Origin: Myxococcota bacterium
GTDB taxonomy: Bacteria > Myxococcota > XYA12-FULL-58-9 > JALHOP01
Length of the DNA: 36,358 nt
NCBI GenBank assembly: GCA_041288095.1
Contig: JBGGMJ010000081.1
Coordinates: 1-36,358, forward strand
Direction of reading: 5' to 3'
Position 1 is the first letter of the stretch; each line of letters opens with the position of its first letter. Of this stretch, positions 25,750 to 34,651 are shown one piece after another. The translations under genes were made by a program, and so were the position numbers. The notes below the pieces were generated by a model, which saw nothing but the letters and a program-made list of their open reading frames with translations, was not told the DNA's origin and made no database searches.

Positions 25750-28703
25750 TCGATGAGTGCCAGCAGCTCTTCTTTGGTGATCTCGGACGCGGCGGCTTTG
25801 CCCTTGCCGATGGCTGCCTCGGCGAGCTCACGCTTCCTGAGCTGCAGCGCGATGATGCGTTCCTCGACGGTGTCCTCGGCGACCAGGCGGTGCACGATGA
25901 CGGGGCGTAGCTGGCCGATGCGATGGGCGCGGTCGGCGGCTTGGTCTTCGACCGCTGGATTCCACCACGGGTCGAGCATGAAGACGTTGTCGGCGGCGGT
26001 GAGGTTCAAGCCCGTGCCGCCCGCCTTGAGCGAGATCAGCATGACGTTGGGCCCGTTCTCAGCCTGGAAGGCATCGACCACGCCCTTGCGGTCGGTCGTC
26101 GATCCGTCCAAGCGGACGAAGTTGATCTTGGCGGCATTGAGCTGTGGCTCGACGAGGTCGAGCAGCGACGTCCACTGCGAGAAGACCAGGGCCTTGTGGC
26201 CTTCGGCGATGACCTCTTCGAGGGTCTCGCGCAAGAGATCGAGCTTCGCGGACGAACCGTCCTTGAGGGCTCCTTGGCCCGGGAGCAGGCCGGGGTGGCA
26301 CGATGCCTGGCGCAAGCGCAGCAAAGCTTCGAGCACCGCCAAGGTGCCGGCGCCGGCCGCGAGCTTCTTGACCACGTCCTTCTTGGTGGCGGCGCGGACC
26401 GCGTCGTAGACCTCGCGCTCCGCTTGACCGAGCTCGCACTTGAGCACCACCTCGGTGCGCGGCGGCAGCTCCTTGGCGACTTCGCTCTTCATGCGACGCA
26501 AGACGAACGGGCGCACCCGCTCACGCAGGCGCTTGCCCGCTTCCTCGTCGCCCGCGGTGATTGGCTTCACGTAGCGCTCGTAGAAGTCGTTGCGGCCACC
26601 GAGCAAACCACGATTGATGAAGTGGAACTGGCTCCACAGATCTTCGAGGCGATTCTCGACCGGCGTACCGGTGAGCGCGACGCGCCACTTCGCTTTCAAG
26701 GCATAGGCTGCTTTGGCGACCTGGCTGGTGGGATTCTTGATGGCCTGTGCTTCGTCGAGCACCGCCATGTCCCATTCGATCTGCTCGAGCTTCTCTTGGT
26801 CGAGGCGCAAGATTGCGTAGGTCGTCAGGGTGACGTCCGCGTCCTCGTCGAGCTTGCGATCTGGTCCGTGATAGCGGTCGACAAGGAGCTTGGGACGGAA
26901 GCGCTTGAGCTCCGATTCCCAGTTGTGGAGCACGGAGGTCGGGGCGACGACGAGGACGCGGCCCGAGAAGGTGCACAGCGTCTGCAAGGTCTTACCGAGA
27001 CCCATGTCGTCGGCGAGCAGAGCGCCGAGCTCGGCCTCGCGCAAGAACGACAACCAGTCGACACCTTGGCGTTGGTAGTCGCGCAGCTTGCCCTCGCCGG
27101 CGAGCTTCGGGAGCTTCGCCTTGGGGATGCCGTCGAAATCCTCGACGATGAGGCGCAGGCGATCGAACTTCGGCGGCACCGGGCGGTCGAGCGACTTCAG
27201 GAGCGCGGCCGATAGGGCGTAGCGCATTTCCTTGGGTGCTTTGTTGCCGTCGGCGTCCATCGCTTCGCGCGCGGCGATGAAATCACGCACACGGTGACCG
27301 TAGCGCGACAACCAATCGGCGGGGATGCGGCCGAAGCCGCCGTCGGTCAGAGGCACCATGGTGGCGCCGCTCTGCCAGGCACGCAGGAGCACCGCGGCAT
27401 CGACGCCGCGACCCGCGCCCATGCGTCCGCCGCCTTCGCGGTCTTTGATCTCGAACCAGATCTCGACGTCGCCGTTCTTCTTCATCTCGATCTCGGGATC
27501 GAGCGTGCCGACGTCGAAGAAGCGCTGATGTGCGTCACCGACGATGGTGACCTCTTCGGGCGGTGAGTGCATCAACCGCGCGGCGAGCGAAATCGCGCGC
27601 AGCTCGCTGAAGACGCGCTTCTCGCCGGGGTTGACCTCGAAGGTCGTGGCGATGTCTCGCGCCAGGCGCTTCTCCGCGGCCAAGTCGCGAACCGGCGCGG
27701 ACGCGTCACCGATGAGCGTCATGCGCTCGCCTTCGATGCGAGCCTTCGGCGGATCGCCGTAGACGATGTCCGCGAGAACGCCCAAGCGGTCACCGTCTTC
27801 GTTCGTCGTCGTGACATGAACGCGCGGGCGCAGGTTGGTCGAGCGCGTCGGCAGCTTCTTGGTGTCGATGTGCACCGGGATCTTGAGCTCGAGCTCGGGC
27901 AAGATCTCGCCAACCAGGGTGCCGATCTCGTCCTTCTCGTAAATCTTGCCGGTGCGCAGCTGGTAGAACATGCGCTCGCCGAGGTTATGCGGCGTGAGCG
28001 CTACGAACTTCACGCCGCGACGGAGCGCTCCGTTTTGGAAGACTTCGTTGACGAGCGGGTCTTGCTCGAGGCGCATGCGGAAGCCGAGGCCGCACTCTTC
28101 GACGCGCACGCAGATGCCGGGCGAAGGCTTGCCGATCTTCGCTGGGCGCCCGCCGTAAGCGAGGTCGGGCACGTTCGAGAGGGCCTCGAGTGCCTTGGGC
28201 ATCATGTTCTGGGGAATCGGTCCGCCCGCCGAGCCGAGCAGGATCTCGAGCTGTCTGTCCTGTGGGGTGGCGATGAACTGCGGGATGCCGTCTTGTTGCT
28301 GCGCCTCGCCCATAGGGCCAGCCAGCGGGGTTTCGCGGCGACCTTGAACGATGACCCGCTTGATAGCGAGGCGACCTTCGACGCGCGACAGCCGGTAGCC
28401 GACGTGGCCCGGCGTTCGCGCCTTGTTGGCGTCGGGACGATTGGCGCTATTCCAGAAGATGCTCGCCGCGGCGACGTGCGTGCAGACGTCTTCGGAGCTC
28501 GGGCACTCGCAAGCCCAGTCTCCGCGCTGGAAGAAGAGGGTGGCGGTCGAGGTATCGCGGCCGCCGCGGGCGCGGACTTCGTACGCCGCGCTCTCCTCGT
28601 CGCTCTTGACGGGCTCGACTGCCCCTTTGCGGACCAGCTGGGAAGCGCGCGACCAGTTTGCATGTGAGCAACGGCGGCGAATGTTCTGAAACAACTCGTG
28701 CAT
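25746..28703 (-). CDS. SWIM zinc-finger SNF2/SWI2 family helicase-like ATPase
   Basis: SWIM CECPSSEDVCTH; LRDYQ, LADDMGLGKT, DEAQ, TGTPVEN, LRRMK, LVFSQW, SLKAGGTGLNL, PWWNPAVEDQA.DRAHRIGQ. Confidence 0.95.
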   Translation of the reverse strand: MHELFQNIRRRCSHANWSRASQLVRKGAVEPVKSDEESAAYEVRARGGRDTSTATLFFQRGDWACECPSSEDVCTHVAAASIFWNSANRPDANKARTPGHVGYRLSRVEGRLAIKRVIVQGRRETPLAGPMGEAQQQDGIPQFIATPQDRQLEILLGSAGGPIPQNMMPKALEALSNVPDLAYGGRPAKIGKPSPGICVRVEECGLGFRMRLEQDPLVNEVFQNGALRRGVKFVALTPHNLGERMFYQLRTGKIYEKDEIGTLVGEILPELELKIPVHIDTKKLPTRSTNLRPRVHVTTTNEDGDRLGVLADIVYGDPPKARIEGERMTLIGDASAPVRDLAAEKRLARDIATTFEVNPGEKRVFSELRAISLAARLMHSPPEEVTIVGDAHQRFFDVGTLDPEIEMKKNGDVEIWFEIKDREGGGRMGAGRGVDAAVLLRAWQSGATMVPLTDGGFGRIPADWLSRYGHRVRDFIAAREAMDADGNKAPKEMRYALSAALLKSLDRPVPPKFDRLRLIVEDFDGIPKAKLPKLAGEGKLRDYQRQGVDWLSFLREAELGALLADDMGLGKTLQTLCTFSGRVLVVAPTSVLHNWESELKRFRPKLLVDRYHGPDRKLDEDADVTLTTYAILRLDQEKLEQIEWDMAVLDEAQAIKNPTSQVAKAAYALKAKWRVALTGTPVENRLEDLWSQFHFINRGLLGGRNDFYERYVKPITAGDEEAGKRLRERVRPFVLRRMKSEVAKELPPRTEVVLKCELGQAEREVYDAVRAATKKDVVKKLAAGAGTLAVLEALLRLRQASCHPGLLPGQGALKDGSSAKLDLLRETLEEVIAEGHKALVFSQWTSLLDLVEPQLNAAKINFVRLDGSTTDRKGVVDAFQAENGPNVMLISLKAGGTGLNLTAADNVFMLDPWWNPAVEDQAADRAHRIGQLRPVIVHRLVAEDTVEERIIALQLRKRELAEAAIGKGKAAASEITKEELLALIE

Positions 28704-28947
28704 AGGTTCTAAGCAAAAACCGCGTGGGCGCTGTTCATGAAGACGGTGTCACCGTGCCCAGGCTGCCAAGGGGAGCGCCCTCGCCCTAGCGTGGGGGAGC
28801 CAACGGCCGTGCGGCGGCGCACCTACCAGACCGCTCACCTGCACAGCAAGACAAGACCCTATCAGTTTCGGCAAAGATTGTCGCTAGTGCTTTTTTCTTC
28901 GATCGCGGCCACTGCCAGACCGCCTCTACAGCACATCTCATAACCCG

Positions 28948-31900
28948 CTAAACCGCGACCTCGGCCGCTTGCGCGTTGGCTTCATGGTGCTCGGGATCGC
29001 GCGTCTTGGGCAAGATCAGCAGCATGATCCCCGGCAGGACGATGAGGCTCGTGACCGCGCCGACGGCGACACCGATGGCGACGGCCGTGGCGAGCGGCTG
29101 CTGAACCTCGGAGCCCGCGCCCGTGGACAACGCCATGGGCAAGAAGCCCAGAGCCGCGACCGCCGCGGTGGTGAGCACCGCGCGCACGACGGCCGCCGTC
29201 CCTTCGGTCACGGCTGTCTCGAGGTCCTCTCCCGCCGCGAGCCGGCGTTGCACTTCCTGGCCGATGACCACGCCGTTGAGCACGGCGATACCGCCGAGAG
29301 CGATGAAGCCAACCGCCGCCGACAACGAGAAGGGCAGGCCGCGGACGAGCAGGCCCAACATGCCGCCCGTCAGCGATAGCGGAACGGTCGCGAAGACCGC
29401 GATGGTCATGCGGACGCTCTGGAACATGAGCAGCAGCATGCCGATGATGATGGCGATGACGATGGGAATGACGACGCGCAAGCGTGCCTGGGCGCGCGCG
29501 AAGTTCTCGAACTGACCGCCCCACTCGACGTGGTAGGCGCCGCCGAGGTCGATGTCTTTTGCAACGCGCCCTTGTGCTTCGGTGACCCACGAGAGCAGGT
29601 CGCGGCCGCGCAAGTTGACGTCGACGCGCACGCCGCGCGCCCGGTTGACGCGTCTCACCGCCGCCGGGCCGTCGTCCTCGGACAGCTTGGTGACGTCCGA
29701 TAAGCGAACGGTCTCACCGCGCATGGTCTCGACCCGCAGGCGGCCGATGGCGTCCAGGGTGGGCTCGTCGAGCGGCTGTACCACCCGCAGATCGAAGCGG
29801 CGCGCCCCCTCGTAGACCGAGCCGACACTCACGCCCTCGCGCGTCGAGGCAAGCACCGTGAAGACGTCTTCGACGCGCACCCCATAGCTCGCCATGCGTG
29901 GTCTGTCCGCGATAGCGCTCATGGTGGGCTGCCCGAGGATGCGCTCGACCCGGACGTCGCCGGTGCCGCGGATGCCACGCACCACTTCCTTGACGTCGTT
30001 GGCGAGCTGCGCGAGCCGCTCGAGCTCGGGGCCGAAGATCTGGATCGAGACGTCGGCGCGCGAGCCGCTGATGAGCTCGTTGGTCTTGTCTTCGATGGGC
30101 TGCGACACCGACACGTAAGTACCCGGCACGCGACTCTCGATGGCGTTCTTGAAGAGCAGCGACAAGGCATCGAAGTCGTGCGCCGAGGTCCACTCGTCGA
30201 TGGGTTTCAAGCGCACGAACATGTCGGTGTTGTCGGCACCGACGATGTCGATGGCGACCTCGGCGCGGCCGGTCATGGCGAGCGTCGTGACCACCTCGGG
30301 AAACTCGTGCAGCACCTCTTCGGTCGCGAGGTCCAAGTCGCGGGCCTGGGAGATCGAGATGCTCGGCGCCCGCCGGATGGTGACAACCGCATCACCCTCG
30401 AAGATGCGCGGGACGAACTCCGCGCCCGAGTCGGCGAAGAGCCAGGTCGTCGCGAGGAGCAGCACCGCCGCCGCGCCCATGATGACGCGGCTGTGCCGCA
30501 CGGTGTGGTGCACCAGACGCTCGTAGGCTCGGGCGGTCGCGTCCATCCACTTGGGCCCATGCGTCTCGCGCGGCGGCACCAAGATGACCAGCATCGCCGG
30601 GAAGAAGACGACCGCGTAGATCAAAGCGCCGAATAGCGCGAGCGCCATCGTCATCGCCATCGGCCGGAACATTTTTCCCTCGACGCCTTCGAGCGTGAGC
30701 AACGGCACGTAGACCAACATGATGATCGCGACCGCGAAAGCGACAGGGCGGGCCGCGAGCTTGGCGACGGCCGCGTATTCCTTGGCGCGCGAGGCCTCGA
30801 CCAGCTTCTTGCCGGTGGTGGCGGCGATGACCGCCTCGAGGACGACGATGGGCCCATCGACCAGGAAGCCGAAGTCGATGGCTCCGAGCGACATGATGTC
30901 GCCGGTGACGCCCAACACGTTCATGCCGATGAGCGCGACCGACATGGCGGCCGGGATCCCCAAGACGACGGCGACGGCGCCGCGGATCGAGCCGGTGAAC
31001 AGGGCGAGCACGAGGATGACGATGAGCACGCCTTCGATGAGGTTCTTCATCACCGTGTGCAGGGTGCGGCCGACGAAGTCGGCGCGGTCGTAGATGGTCT
31101 CGATGGAGACCCCGGGAGGTAGATCGGCGCGGATCTCATCGACCTTGGCGGCGACGGCGTGCACGACGTCGCGACTGTTCGACCCGAGCAGCATCATCAC
31201 CGTGCCAGCCACCGCCTCGCCGATGCCGTTGTGCGTGATGACGCCATAGCGGAGCGCGGGAGCCACCGTGACGTCGGCGACGTTGCGTACGAGGAGCGGC
31301 GCTTCTTCGGCTTGTGCGCGCAAGACGACGGCGCCGATGTCGCGCTCGTCTCTCACGAGGCCCTCGCCGCGCACCACGTACGACTCGGGGCCGCGATCCA
31401 TGTAGCCGGCGCCGGCGTTCACGTTCGCGGCGCGCAAGCCCTCGACCACCTCGCGCAAGGTGACGTGATGCGCCGCGAGCCGTTGCGAGTCGACACGCAC
31501 CTGGAACTGCTTGAACTCGCCGCCCATGGTGTTGACTTCGATGACCCCTGGAACGCTGCGCAGGCGCGGCACGATCTCCCAGTCGAGGAGGGTGCGCAGC
31601 TGCATGGGCGCGTGATGCGTCGAGCGCACCACGAAGGTGTAGATCTCGCCGAGGCCGCTCGAGATCGGCGCGAGCTCGGGCGTCTGCGCGTTCGGCGGCA
31701 GGATCTGCTCGATGCCGCGTAACCGCTCGAGCACGAGCTGGCGCGCGAACCACGGGTCGACGGAGTCATTGAACACCACGGTGACCGACGAGACGCCGCT
31801 GTCGGCCATGCTGCGCAGCTCGACGGTGCCGGGAATGCCGTTGAGCGCGTTCTCGATGGGGATACTGACGGTGCGCTCGCACTCGACCGCCGAGAGCCCA

Positions 31901-32061
31901 CCGACCTTGGTGAGCACCGCGACCTGGACCGTCGAGACGTCCGGCATGGCGTCGATGGGGAGCTGGGTCATGGCGTAGCCGCCGGCGGCGAGCAGCATGA
32001 GCAACAGCGCCAGCATGGCGTAGCGCATGTTGATGGAACCGACGACGAGACGCTCGAGCAC
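28948..32061 (-). CDS. czcA: CzcA/CusA family heavy-metal RND efflux permease
   Basis: LPIDAMPD, GLGEIY, MSLGAIDFGFLVDG.IV..E, GVEGKMFRPMA, GGQFEN, GFIALGGIAVLNG, GSEVQ.PLA; GTG start with AGGA Shine-Dalgarno. Confidence 0.93.
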   Translation of the reverse strand: MLERLVVGSINMRYAMLALLLMLLAAGGYAMTQLPIDAMPDVSTVQVAVLTKVGGLSAVECERTVSIPIENALNGIPGTVELRSMADSGVSSVTVVFNDSVDPWFARQLVLERLRGIEQILPPNAQTPELAPISSGLGEIYTFVVRSTHHAPMQLRTLLDWEIVPRLRSVPGVIEVNTMGGEFKQFQVRVDSQRLAAHHVTLREVVEGLRAANVNAGAGYMDRGPESYVVRGEGLVRDERDIGAVVLRAQAEEAPLLVRNVADVTVAPALRYGVITHNGIGEAVAGTVMMLLGSNSRDVVHAVAAKVDEIRADLPPGVSIETIYDRADFVGRTLHTVMKNLIEGVLIVILVLALFTGSIRGAVAVVLGIPAAMSVALIGMNVLGVTGDIMSLGAIDFGFLVDGPIVVLEAVIAATTGKKLVEASRAKEYAAVAKLAARPVAFAVAIIMLVYVPLLTLEGVEGKMFRPMAMTMALALFGALIYAVVFFPAMLVILVPPRETHGPKWMDATARAYERLVHHTVRHSRVIMGAAAVLLLATTWLFADSGAEFVPRIFEGDAVVTIRRAPSISISQARDLDLATEEVLHEFPEVVTTLAMTGRAEVAIDIVGADNTDMFVRLKPIDEWTSAHDFDALSLLFKNAIESRVPGTYVSVSQPIEDKTNELISGSRADVSIQIFGPELERLAQLANDVKEVVRGIRGTGDVRVERILGQPTMSAIADRPRMASYGVRVEDVFTVLASTREGVSVGSVYEGARRFDLRVVQPLDEPTLDAIGRLRVETMRGETVRLSDVTKLSEDDGPAAVRRVNRARGVRVDVNLRGRDLLSWVTEAQGRVAKDIDLGGAYHVEWGGQFENFARAQARLRVVIPIVIAIIIGMLLLMFQSVRMTIAVFATVPLSLTGGMLGLLVRGLPFSLSAAVGFIALGGIAVLNGVVIGQEVQRRLAAGEDLETAVTEGTAAVVRAVLTTAAVAALGFLPMALSTGAGSEVQQPLATAVAIGVAVGAVTSLIVLPGIMLLILPKTRDPEHHEANAQAAEVAV

Positions 32062-32072
32062 GGGAGGAGATC

Positions 32073-33239
32073 CTAGCGATAGATTTCCGACTTGAGAGCG
32101 AACATGCCGCCGACGACGACGCGGTCGCCTTCCTTCAAACCCGACTTCACCGCGACGCGTTCCGGATCCGAGGCGCCGAGCTCGATGACGCGTGGCGCGA
32201 CAGTGTTCTTGTCGAGGAGGACGAAGACCGTGGGCTGCCCATCGACGCGGGTGATGGCGCGCTTACTGACCGATAGAGAGCGCGTCGCCGGGCTCGTGGT
32301 CTCGATGCGCGCGACCACCGATTCGCCGGGGCGCAGCGATGCCTTGGTGTTGTCGACGATGACGCGTACTTCGGTGGTGCGGCTCTCCGAGTCGACGACG
32401 TCACCGACGTGATCGACCTTGCCGGTGATGACGCGGTGATCGTCGTTCATCGGTGAGATCGCCACCTCGTCGCCAACGCGGATCTTGGCGATGTCGCGCT
32501 CGAAGATGTGCAGCTCGAGCCACAAGCTCGCGAGGTCGGCCACCTCGAACATGGTCACCGACGGCTCGACCACTTGGCCGCGAGCCGCCTTGGCGCTGAC
32601 GACGCGGCCGGCGATGGGGCTGCGCAGCGCCAGGACCCCGATCTGCCCGCTGGGCCGGCCGCCCAAGGCGGTGACTGCTTGCTCGGCGGCGATACGCTCG
32701 GCGCGCGCGGCTTCGTAGTTCGCTTGCGCCACTTCGGCGTCCCGCTCCGGGGAGATGTGTGCGTCAGCGAGGTGGCGCTCGCGCTTCATGTCCGCTTCAG
32801 CGACTTTTTCCTTGGCGCGGGCGGAGAGCACGGACGATTCGGCGCGACCGAGCTCGGCGCTCTCGATCTCGGCGAGGAGGTCGCCTTCCTTGACCTCGTC
32901 GCCTTGAACGCGCACGAGCTTGCGCACCCGTCCGCTGATGCGGGCACCGATCATGACGAAGCGGCGCGGGTCGAAGGTCATGGTGCCGTTGACCGTGACG
33001 ACCGGCGAGACCAGCTCGACCTTGACCTCTTCGTCGGTGATGGCGGCGCGCTTGGCGAAGGCGTCGGAGAAGCGGATGTTGTCGCCGTCGAGCACGGGGG
33101 CGTCGTTGTCGGCGTGAGCGGCGTTGCCGGACTCGTTGCCCTTGGTGGTCGTTTGCAGGGCGAGACCGACGATGAAGACGGCGATGATGGCGGCGAGGGT
33201 GCCCAGGAGGCGCTTGGTGTGCAGATCAAGCTTCTTCAT
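32073..33239 (-). CDS. czcB: RND periplasmic adaptor (CzcB-like membrane fusion protein)
   Basis: N-terminal TM; GD.VK.GD.LA.I.S.EL, LRSPIAG.V, ADL..LW, LRPG, GLKEGDRVV; located between the OMF and RND genes. Start ATG 33239. Confidence 0.9.
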   Translation of the reverse strand: MKKLDLHTKRLLGTLAAIIAVFIVGLALQTTTKGNESGNAAHADNDAPVLDGDNIRFSDAFAKRAAITDEEVKVELVSPVVTVNGTMTFDPRRFVMIGARISGRVRKLVRVQGDEVKEGDLLAEIESAELGRAESSVLSARAKEKVAEADMKRERHLADAHISPERDAEVAQANYEAARAERIAAEQAVTALGGRPSGQIGVLALRSPIAGRVVSAKAARGQVVEPSVTMFEVADLASLWLELHIFERDIAKIRVGDEVAISPMNDDHRVITGKVDHVGDVVDSESRTTEVRVIVDNTKASLRPGESVVARIETTSPATRSLSVSKRAITRVDGQPTVFVLLDKNTVAPRVIELGASDPERVAVKSGLKEGDRVVVGGMFALKSEIYR

Positions 33240-34485
33240 CGGGGAACCCTCCAACCAGCCGTTCCAACGCTAGGCGCTCACGCCAGAGACGCTGCAGCAC
33301 ATCGAGGCGCAGGGCCTTGAGCCGGACAACGTTCTCCGCGGCGGCTTGCACCTTGAAGACGTCGAAGCGTCCGGACCGCCAACCCTCTTCAACCAAGGCG
33401 AGACGGCGTTCGGCGACCGGAATGCCTTCATCCGCGAGGACGGCGAGCTCGGTGCGCGCCGCTTCGTGCGCGGTACGGCGGTGCAGCAGCTCGACGTCGA
33501 TGCGTCGCAACAGCATCTCGGCGACCTCGAGCTCCGTCCGTGTCTCCGCCGCGGCCACGGCGCGGGGACCTTGGTTGCGTTGGGCCACCGGCAGCTCGAC
33601 CGAGAGGCCGGCGAAGCCGAAGGTGGGCGAGGCCGGAGCCGCGTCGAGGCCGCCATAAAAGCCGACTCGCGGCGCGGCTTCCTTGCGCAAGCGCTCGTCA
33701 GCGGCATGGAGCAGGGCGACGCGCGCGTCGATCAGCGCGAGGTCGGGACGGGTACGCCGCGCCTTCTCCGCCAAAGCGGATGCCTCGGGTGGCGCGCTCA
33801 ACATGTCGACCGGAGACGCGAGCTGCAGTGGGCCATCCACCGAGAGGTCGGCGAGCAAGCGCAGGCCCATTTGCTGGAGTGCTTCGCTCGATTCCGCTGC
33901 GTGCACGTCGGCGCGGCGCTCGGCGAGCTCGGCCAACGCCGTCGACAGCTCGACCTCGCTACCGGCACCCACCGCCATGCGCTCGCGGGCGACGGCGGTC
34001 AGGCGCTCGGCGATGGCGAGACCATCGCGCGCGTACTTGAGCTGTTTGCGGGCGAGCGCGGTCGCCACGTAGGCCTCGGTGGCGGCGAGGCGTGCCTCGA
34101 GGGTGGTGAGCGCGCTCTGGGCTCGTGCGACCGCGGCCCGCATGTCGGCTTCGCGGACGCGAGCGCCGCCCGCGCCGCTGACCTCGAACAAGAGGTCGAG
34201 CATGGTGCCGTAGCCGTAGGTCCCCCCGGTGCCTTGGTTCAAGCCGGGGCGCAGGTCGAACTGCACCCGTGGATTCACCGGCATGATGATGCCGGCACCG
34301 ACCCTGGTGGCCTCCGCCTCACGGATGCGCAACATCGCTTGGCGCACGTCGGGGGATCGCGCCGCGGCCCGTGACCGCACCTCGGCGAGACTCACCGTGT
34401 GCTCCTCGGCGGCGACCGGGCTGACCGCGGCGAGAAGGACGCCGAACACGATCGACGACCGCAGTGAGAGGGTTCTGCGCGTCAT
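33226..34485 (-). CDS. czcC: TolC family outer membrane factor (CzcC-like)
   Basis: Signal peptide; NP.V, RPDL, GLSVELPV..RNQG, G patterns of the OEP repeat; first gene of a CBA-ordered operon. Confidence 0.88.
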   Translation of the reverse strand: MTRRTLSLRSSIVFGVLLAAVSPVAAEEHTVSLAEVRSRAAARSPDVRQAMLRIREAEATRVGAGIIMPVNPRVQFDLRPGLNQGTGGTYGYGTMLDLLFEVSGAGGARVREADMRAAVARAQSALTTLEARLAATEAYVATALARKQLKYARDGLAIAERLTAVARERMAVGAGSEVELSTALAELAERRADVHAAESSEALQQMGLRLLADLSVDGPLQLASPVDMLSAPPEASALAEKARRTRPDLALIDARVALLHAADERLRKEAAPRVGFYGGLDAAPASPTFGFAGLSVELPVAQRNQGPRAVAAAETRTELEVAEMLLRRIDVELLHRRTAHEAARTELAVLADEGIPVAERRLALVEEGWRSGRFDVFKVQAAAENVVRLKALRLDVLQRLWRERLALERLVGGFPDEEA

Positions 34486-34577
34486 GGAAGCCCCGTTAAC
34501 CGCCGAGACCTACAGACTATTTCGGATGGCCGAAGTTTTCCCGTTTTCTTGTCGCACGGTATCCCTTTCCTATCTGT

Positions 34578-34608
34578 TTGCGAATGCAGTTGCGAATCAC
34601 TTGCAATT
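34578..34608. promoter_or_regulatory. Fur-family-like operator candidate upstream of czcCBA
   Basis: TTGCGAAT repeated at 12-bp spacing (34578, 34590), plus an imperfect palindrome TTGCGAATCACTTGCAA (34590-34606), in an AT-rich spacer. Confidence 0.5.
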
Positions 34609-34651
34609 AGATGCGCGGCGCTGGATAGTAAAGAGAGAGACCGAGGCCTCA

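Noticed and set aside
25746-28703. SNF2 helicase as part of an anti-phage system (DISARM/Zorya-like)
   Set aside because: No methylase, nuclease, PLD or MotAB-like partner nearby; the architecture is the common SWIM-SNF2 type.
28735-28860. Possible 6S RNA (GGGAGCC...GGCGCACC and CTGCACAGC resemble 6S segments)
   Set aside because: The paired region spans only ~110 nt, lacks a convincing central bubble, and lacks the usual zapA/ygfA context. Kept only as an unassigned structure.
1676-34374. Numerous long plus-strand ORFs (e.g. 1676-3340, 9542-11299, 14947-16383, 25923-27215)
   Set aside because: Antisense shadows expected in high-GC DNA; each overlaps a motif-supported minus-strand gene.
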